IMG/VR virus record: IMGVR_UViG_3300046170_000428
DNA from: an uncultured virus (IMG/VR IMGVR_UViG_3300046170_000428)
Taxonomy: Duplodnaviria > Heunggongvirae > Uroviricota > Caudoviricetes
DNA length: 64,000 bases
Direction: 5' to 3' (one strand)
Numbering within the stretch: the stretch's first letter is position 1; each line of letters begins with the position of its first letter. Below are positions 58,370 through 64,000 of the stretch, piece after piece. Below the pieces are notes generated by a model. That model was not told the origin of the DNA, searched no databases, and was given only the letters and a program-made list of their open reading frames with translations. The translations under genes were made by a program, and so were the position numbers.

Positions 58370-60586
58370 ATGGCAACAGGACATGTTGACACACGACAGT
58401 TTTTGTCGGAAACAAAATTTTATGAAGGTTACTCTCGGTACATAGATGATGAAAAAAGATACGAAACTTGGAATGAAGCCGTAGACCGTGTTATCAACAT
58501 GCATGCCGAAAACTATAAAGAAAAGGGTAATGAATTAGGACCTTTTCTTGATGAAGCTAAAGAAGCTTATAAAGAAAAAAGAGTATTAGCAGCTCAAAGA
58601 TCATTACAATTTGGTGGTGAACAATTGTTAAAACACCAAATGAGAATGTACAATTGTACATCATCTTATGCAGATAGAGCAGAATTTTTTGGTGAAGTAT
58701 TTTATATTTTGCTTTGTGGTGCAGGTGCTGGTTTTTCAGTACAAAAACATCACGTTGCTAAAATGCCTAAGATTGCATTAAGAACTAAACAAGCAAAAGG
58801 TTATATTGTAGAAGATTCAATCGAAGGTTGGGCTTCTGCTATCGATGTACTTATGGCCTCCTATTTTGTAGGTGGAGGTAAGTATCCAGAATTTGAAGGT
58901 CGTAGAGTATTTTTTGATCTTACTCAAATTAGACCAAAAGGTGCAAAGATTTCTGGTGGTTTTAAAGCGCCAGGACCTGAAGGTCTACGTAGATCATTAG
59001 ATAAAATTGAGCACCTACTTCAAACAGCAGTTATTGATCAAAAAGAACCTATTCCACTTAAGCCAATTAATGTATATGATATTACTATGCATGCCGCAGA
59101 TGCGGTGTTATCAGGTGGCGTAAGAAGATCAGCAACTATTTGTTTGTTTTCTCCAGACGATGAAGAAATGATGAATGCAAAAACCGGTAATTGGTTTGTT
59201 GATAATCCACAGCGCGGAAGATCAAATAATTCAGCAGTTATCGTTCGTAATGAAGCCGATAAAGAACAGTTTGCCAAACTAATGGAATCTGTTAAATCAT
59301 TCGGTGAACCTGGATTTGTATTCGTAGAATCGACTGAACATACAACGAATCCTTGTGTCGAAATTGGTATGTTTCCACAGATTGATGGTAAGTCAGGTTG
59401 GCAAGGTTGTAACCTAACTGAAATCAATGGTGGTATGTGTAAGACAGAAGAAGACTTTTATAAAGCATGTCGTGCAGGTGCTATTCTTGGTACAATCCAA
59501 GCTGGTTATACTGATTTCAAATTTTTAGGTCCAACATCTAAACAAATTTTTGATCGTGAAGCACTACTTGGTGTGTCTATCACTGGATGGATGAATCAAC
59601 CTGACATTCTTTTTAATCCAAAAGTCCTAGAAAAAGGAGCAAAGATTGTCAAAGAAGTCAACAAAGAAGTCGCTGCGATTTTGGGGATTAACCCTGCTGC
59701 TCGGACTACCTGTGTTAAACCTTCTGGTAACGCCTCTGTATTACTCCAAACAGCTAGCGGTATTCATGCTGAACATTCCCCAACATATATTCGAAATGTT
59801 CAAATGAATAAAGAATCTGAAATCACTCAAGCAATTATGAAATCAAATCCATACATGGTTGAAGAGTCTGTATGGTCAGCATCTGGAACAGATGTTGTTG
59901 TGTCTTTCCCAATCATTCCTCATAAGGGATCTTTAATGAAAGATGAATTGCTTGGTGTATCACATTTAGAAAAAGTAAAATTAGCTCAGAAACATTGGGT
60001 TGTTGCTGGTACAAACGAAGAACTTTGTGCAGATGAAGGTATTCGTCATAATGTGTCAAATACAATTATTGTCGATGACTGGGCTGAAGTTGAAAAATAC
60101 GTATTCAAGAATAGACATTCCTTTTCAGGTATTTCGTTCTTATCAATGAGCGGAGATAAAGATTATAATCAAGCTCCAAATACAGCAGTTGTAAATGCTA
60201 AACAAATGGTAAAACTATATGACGAGGCCGCTATTTTTGCATCTGGTCTTGTTGTTGATGCACTCAAAGTTTATAATAATTTGTGGGATGCTTGTTCAAC
60301 CGCTCAAGGATATGGTATAGATATTTCGGTAGAAAGTTCTGAAAATTCAGCACGTAAAGATTGGAATCGTAGGTTTCAAAACTTTGCAGATAACTATTTA
60401 AAAGGTGATGTTAAAAAGGCCGAACATTGTTTAAAGGATTCCTATATATTACATAAATGGAATAAGATCCAGGCTAATTTAAAACCAATTGAATGGAATA
60501 CTGGATTGACAGCTAAAAAATATACAGATGTAGATACTTTAGCCGCAGCCGCTTGTGCTGGTGGAGCATGTGAAATTGACTTCTAA
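58370..60586 (+). CDS. nrdJ: class II (B12-dependent) ribonucleotide reductase
   Basis: YNC, GGVRRSA, TNPCVEI, CNLTE, VKPSG, C-terminal CAGGACE; no beta subunit adjacent. Confidence 0.88.
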   Translation: MATGHVDTRQFLSETKFYEGYSRYIDDEKRYETWNEAVDRVINMHAENYKEKGNELGPFLDEAKEAYKEKRVLAAQRSLQFGGEQLLKHQMRMYNCTSSYADRAEFFGEVFYILLCGAGAGFSVQKHHVAKMPKIALRTKQAKGYIVEDSIEGWASAIDVLMASYFVGGGKYPEFEGRRVFFDLTQIRPKGAKISGGFKAPGPEGLRRSLDKIEHLLQTAVIDQKEPIPLKPINVYDITMHAADAVLSGGVRRSATICLFSPDDEEMMNAKTGNWFVDNPQRGRSNNSAVIVRNEADKEQFAKLMESVKSFGEPGFVFVESTEHTTNPCVEIGMFPQIDGKSGWQGCNLTEINGGMCKTEEDFYKACRAGAILGTIQAGYTDFKFLGPTSKQIFDREALLGVSITGWMNQPDILFNPKVLEKGAKIVKEVNKEVAAILGINPAARTTCVKPSGNASVLLQTASGIHAEHSPTYIRNVQMNKESEITQAIMKSNPYMVEESVWSASGTDVVVSFPIIPHKGSLMKDELLGVSHLEKVKLAQKHWVVAGTNEELCADEGIRHNVSNTIIVDDWAEVEKYVFKNRHSFSGISFLSMSGDKDYNQAPNTAVVNAKQMVKLYDEAAIFASGLVVDALKVYNNLWDACSTAQGYGIDISVESSENSARKDWNRRFQNFADNYLKGDVKKAEHCLKDSYILHKWNKIQANLKPIEWNTGLTAKKYTDVDTLAAAACAGGACEIDF

Positions 60587-60735
60587 TGGAAGTCAAATCA
60601 CCTTGCATTAAAGTATGTACTATAAAAGATGGTATATGCGTTGGTTGTCATAGAACCGAAACTGAAATCCGTGAGTGGTTTTATGCTACTGACGAACGAA
60701 AAGAAGAAATCTTAAAAAGGATCGCTTATGAATAA
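60586..60735 (+). CDS. DUF1289-like small Cys protein (49 aa)
   Basis: SPCIKVC...CVGCHRT..EI..W. Confidence 0.8.
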   Translation: MEVKSPCIKVCTIKDGICVGCHRTETEIREWFYATDERKEEILKRIAYE

Positions 60736-60886
60736 TTATCTAGTCGAATGTTTTGAGTGTGATGACGAAGTCGTACTTACATGTGCTTCGGATATTCCTT
60801 CATTTTGTCCGTATTGCGGAGGTACCGAGATAGGGGTTATTAAATGTGAAGAGCCTCTTAAATGGGAGTCAGATGAAGACGACTAA
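60728..60886 (+). CDS. zinc-ribbon small protein (52 aa)
   Basis: CFECD...FCPYCG; acidic tail. Confidence 0.75.
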   Translation: MNNYLVECFECDDEVVLTCASDIPSFCPYCGGTEIGVIKCEEPLKWESDEDD

Positions 60887-60897
60887 TATATATTTGT

Positions 60898-61302
60898 ATG
60901 TGGCTATATAATGGACAACAATATAATGATACACCAGAAGACTATCAAGGATTTGTTTACGTCATCACAGAGTTGGATACAGGCAAGAAGTATATCGGTA
61001 AAAAGAACTTCTGGAGGCCTAAAACCTTGCCCATTACTAAAACGCGCAAGAGACGAGTACGAACGCGTGTCGAATCTGACTGGCGAAAATACTATGGTTC
61101 GAATAATATCGTCAAACAGTTGGTGGAATCCAAAGGAGAACAAAATTATAAAAGGGAAATCCTAAAATTGTGTAAGACAAAAGGTGAGATGTCTTATTAC
61201 GAAGCTAAACTTCAATTTGAGAATGATGTTTTATTATCGGATATATATTATAATGAGTTTATCGGATGTAAAATACATTCAAAGCATATAAGGAATAAAT
61301 AG
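60898..61302 (+). CDS. GIY-YIG endonuclease (EndoII/DenA-like)
   Basis: GFVY, YIGKK, ESDWRKYYGS, YYE...YN. Confidence 0.85.
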   Translation: MWLYNGQQYNDTPEDYQGFVYVITELDTGKKYIGKKNFWRPKTLPITKTRKRRVRTRVESDWRKYYGSNNIVKQLVESKGEQNYKREILKLCKTKGEMSYYEAKLQFENDVLLSDIYYNEFIGCKIHSKHIRNK

Positions 61303-61306
61303 TATT

Positions 61307-61723
61307 ATGTTAAATGTACATGAAGTAATTGATCAAGTGAGAAAAGCCCGCACTAAAGATAAAAAGGTTGAACTTTTGAAAAAGCATGAAACCTGGGCTT
61401 TAAAGGATATTTTACGTGGAACATTCGATTCCACTGTTGAATGGAATCTTCCAGGTGGAGAACCTCCATATACACCAAATGATAATCATTCAGCACCTGC
61501 AAATCTAATTAAAGAGCATAAGAAATTTGTATACTTCGTGAAGGGATTGCGCGAATCAAATCGCCTAACACCTGTAAAACGCGAAAGTATATTTCTCGGT
61601 TTGATAGAGGGCATTGACCCTGAGGACGCCAAGCTCGTCATTAATATGATAAACAAAGAAAAACCTAACGGAATCACTCGACCAGTGATTGAGGAGGCGT
61701 TTCCTGGATTACTGCAAGATTGA
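61307..61723 (+). CDS. conserved T4-like hypothetical protein
   Basis: LPGGEPPY, KRESIFLGLIEGIDPEDA, EAFP. Confidence 0.8.
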   Translation: MLNVHEVIDQVRKARTKDKKVELLKKHETWALKDILRGTFDSTVEWNLPGGEPPYTPNDNHSAPANLIKEHKKFVYFVKGLRESNRLTPVKRESIFLGLIEGIDPEDAKLVINMINKEKPNGITRPVIEEAFPGLLQD

Positions 61724-61744
61724 TCCATAACCATGGAGCACTAA

Positions 61745-61894
61745 ATGCCAGCATTACAACTCGAAAGACTTTTAAATGACATTTCTCAATTAGACCAGTA
61801 CATTGCTAAGTTAAAAGAGAGAGGTGATTTAGATCGAGTGACGAAGTTTATAAAAAAGAAAACGTTTATGCAAGAAAGGTTAGCTCTAAATTAA
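61745..61894 (+). CDS. small hypothetical protein (49 aa)
   Basis: GGAG RBS; MPALQLERLLND... Confidence 0.65.
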   Translation: MPALQLERLLNDISQLDQYIAKLKERGDLDRVTKFIKKKTFMQERLALN

Positions 61895-61897
61895 CTG

Positions 61898-61950
61898 TGT
61901 ACATTTCCCCTACTTTGTGGTATAATTATATTATCATTCACAAAGTAGGG
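61898..61950 (+). promoter_or_regulatory. TGTACA-N17-TATAAT promoter overlapped by a 12-bp inverted repeat
   Basis: ccctactttgtg at 61908-19 / cacaaagtaggg at 61939-50. Confidence 0.75.
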
Positions 61951-61958
61951 ATTTTATT

Positions 61959-62519
61959 ATGAATTTGTTTATTTTACACGAAGACCCAATCATTGCTGCA
62001 CAAATGCAGTGTGACAAACACGTCGTTAAAATGATTGTAGAGTCAGCACAAATGTTGTCTACTGCTCATCGTGTTCTTGATGGAACAGTTGAAAATGCTC
62101 CATCTAAATCTGGTAAAACAATGCAAAAGCATTATCGTCTTCTCGAAGATCCCGAAATGGATCAAATACTTTACAAAGCTGTACATCGTGGTCATCCATG
62201 TACTATATGGACTATGGAATCATCAAGCAATTATGAATGGCATTGGAAACATTTTGATGCACTTTGTGAAGAATATACATACAGATATGGAAAGACTCAT
62301 GCAACAAGTCATCTTAAATATCCATTGTGGTCATTACCGACTAACATTCCAAAAGGTAAGATGACGCCATTTAAATTAGCAATGAAATCAAACCCAGAGT
62401 GTATGGTAGGAGATCCAGTAGAATCATATCGTCTCTTTTATCAAACAAAACAATCACGTTTTAAGATGAACTGGTCAAAACGTGAGCAACCACGGTGGTT
62501 TAAAAATGAAGTACACTAA
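61959..62519 (+). CDS. pyrimidine-dimer DNA glycosylase family protein
   Basis: MNLF.L, DKHVVKMIVESAQMLST, HPCTIW, EYTYRYGKTH. Confidence 0.8.
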   Translation: MNLFILHEDPIIAAQMQCDKHVVKMIVESAQMLSTAHRVLDGTVENAPSKSGKTMQKHYRLLEDPEMDQILYKAVHRGHPCTIWTMESSSNYEWHWKHFDALCEEYTYRYGKTHATSHLKYPLWSLPTNIPKGKMTPFKLAMKSNPECMVGDPVESYRLFYQTKQSRFKMNWSKREQPRWFKNEVH

Positions 62520-62676
62520 ACTTGATACAGTAAATATATTAAAAAAAGAAATTGAACATGCTAAAAGTTGTTTAATGCCTGAAGATACGGGGCATATTCA
62601 TACAAGTATAAATTGGATGACACAACGTGTCGATGAATTAGAGGAAGAAATTAATGCCTATTTACACACTACGTGA
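62506..62676 (+). CDS. hypothetical protein
   Basis: PEDTGHIHTSINW. Confidence 0.6.
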   Translation: MKYTKLDTVNILKKEIEHAKSCLMPEDTGHIHTSINWMTQRVDELEEEINAYLHTT

Positions 62677-62878
62677 TCCTGCAGATGGTAGAGAATGGGA
62701 CGTAAATTGTACATATGAACAGTTACAAAACATTTTATCTGCCGGCGTTAAACGCGTCTATAAACCAAATAATTTTATAACACAATCTGGTAGTGTTATG
62801 AGTCGGACTGATACCGACTTTAGAAGTCATTTAAAAGCTATCAAAAAGAAATATCCAGGAAATACAGTCAATGACTAA
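62654..62878 (+). CDS. hypothetical protein (FmdB-like N-terminus)
   Basis: MPIY start; GAGG RBS. Confidence 0.65.
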   Translation: MPIYTLRDPADGREWDVNCTYEQLQNILSAGVKRVYKPNNFITQSGSVMSRTDTDFRSHLKAIKKKYPGNTVND

Positions 62879-63545
62879 ATCTGCGATAAAAGCATCAGAT
62901 CTTAATGCCATAGAACCAATGACAGGCAATCAAGATAAAGCTTTTCAACTTTGGGATGAAGGTGAAAATCTTATTCTTGCAGGATCTGCAGGAACCGGCA
63001 AAACATTCCTTGCTCTTTATTTAGCTTTAGATGAAATGTTAAATGAACCTGAGTATGATAAAATTATTATTGTACGATCAGTGGTAGCAGTCAGGGAAAT
63101 TGGATATTTGCCTGGTAAGCTAGAAGAAAAAACTGCGGTATTTGAAACACCGTATAAAATGATATGCGAAGAACTTTTCGAAAGTAATGCAGCATATAAT
63201 AAGATGATAAATAGTCATCAGATCCAGTTCGAAACAACATCATATATTCGAGGCAAAACATTTGACCGAGCTATTATTGTTGTTGACGAAATGCAAAATC
63301 TTAATTTTCATGAACTTGATTCTATCATGACACGTGTTGGCGAACATTGTAGAATTATTTTTGCAGGAGATTATCTTCAATCAGATTTTAAATCTGATGG
63401 AGAAAGAGACGGGCTTATGAAATTTCTTAACATTATAGAAAGAATGAATCAATTTTCAATGGTCCAATTTGGATGGGACGATATTGTTCGTTCTGGAATT
63501 GTTCGTGATTATATAATGACGAAAGAAATGATAGGAGTCAAGTAA
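62871..63545 (+). CDS. phoH: PhoH-like ATPase
   Basis: GSAGTGKT, IGYLPG, RGKTF, DEMQN, GD..QSD, IVRSG. Confidence 0.95.
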   Translation: MTKSAIKASDLNAIEPMTGNQDKAFQLWDEGENLILAGSAGTGKTFLALYLALDEMLNEPEYDKIIIVRSVVAVREIGYLPGKLEEKTAVFETPYKMICEELFESNAAYNKMINSHQIQFETTSYIRGKTFDRAIIVVDEMQNLNFHELDSIMTRVGEHCRIIFAGDYLQSDFKSDGERDGLMKFLNIIERMNQFSMVQFGWDDIVRSGIVRDYIMTKEMIGVK

Positions 63546-63886
63546 TGAAAAAATTACTAATAAGTCTAATTCTCTTTATGAGCTATATAAGTGTAGCATA
63601 CGCTGAATTTGAAGTTGAATGGCATAGAAAGCCAGTTCAATGTGCAGAAACTATGCTAATTTTAGATGAAGTTGAAAAATCTAAAATGTTACCCCTTTTA
63701 CAGTTGCTTGGTACTACAAGAATTGGAGATGTAGGTAAAATAGTTCCTTATGTAATATATTATAATAAAGATGATGAAAGCTGGCTTATGGTAGAATTTC
63801 TAGAAACTGAATTTGCATGCATGATTGCCTTAGGTCAAGGTGTAAATTTTAATGTTGGTACAAGTTTAGAAAAAGACACTTTGTAG
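63545..63886 (+). CDS. exported hypothetical protein
   Basis: Signal peptide (AYA|E), KPVQC, ACMIA.G. Confidence 0.7.
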   Translation: MKKLLISLILFMSYISVAYAEFEVEWHRKPVQCAETMLILDEVEKSKMLPLLQLLGTTRIGDVGKIVPYVIYYNKDDESWLMVEFLETEFACMIALGQGVNFNVGTSLEKDTL

Positions 63887-63915
63887 TGTACAAATCGTAA
63901 AAAACGTGATATAAT
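63887..63915 (+). promoter_or_regulatory. TGTACA-N17-TATAAT promoter
   Basis: Exact motif. Confidence 0.8.
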
Positions 63916-63941
63916 GAATATTACAATTGAAAAAGGAATAT

Positions 63942-64000
63942 ATGATGGAGTTTATCCATGAAAAAATTGATATGGGATATGTGGACTTGGATCGACGAGA
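63942..64000 (+). CDS. start of a CDS truncated by the window end
   Basis: AAGGA RBS; MMEFIHEKIDMGYVDLDRR. Confidence 0.6.
   Translation, partial: MMEFIHEKIDMGYVDLDRR

Noticed and set aside
60898..61302. Mobile homing endonuclease or intron
   Set aside because: It is short, has no DNA-binding extension and interrupts no gene; it fits an EndoII-like nuclease better.
1..64000. Alternative genetic code (stop-codon reassignment)
   Set aside because: Core genes are full length in the standard code and end in TAA, TGA or TAG; the breaks are frameshifts, not in-frame stops.

Overview
A 64-kb stretch of an AT-rich T4-like myovirus genome, almost entirely on the + strand. It runs through the head/tail core (gp16-gp23, gp3), the recombination/replication block (uvsY, uvsW, gp55, 47, 46, 45, 44, 62, regA, gp43, uvsX, gp41) and nucleotide metabolism (dCMP deaminase, ThyX, class II RNR, PhoH). 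Lysis genes include a lysozyme and overlapping spanins. The host is probably a marine alphaproteobacterium, inferred from a permuted two-piece tmRNA and a ROSE-like element. Main points of interest: (1) a DNA-hypermodification cluster pairing a cytosine-type gp42-like hydroxymethylase with an amino-acid:DNA-transferase-like gene, a PLP enzyme, an SGNH-like protein and an NDP-sugar epimerase; (2) a glutamine (glnA-type) riboswitch behind a late promoter, ahead of an unannotated Arg-rich 33-aa ORF; (3) a late operon of signal-peptide proteins resembling a pilin plus chaperone, with palindromic operator-like sites upstream; (4) a late cluster of proteins with T4-like capsid-targeting N-termini, including nuclease-like, ligase-like and HIGH-nucleotidyltransferase proteins; (5) 16 copies of a TGTACW-N17-TATAAT promoter, one of them antisense; (6) several unannotated small ORFs. 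Single-base indels cluster at about 45.8-51 kb and look like assembly errors. All family assignments come from motif recognition and recall; no database search was run.
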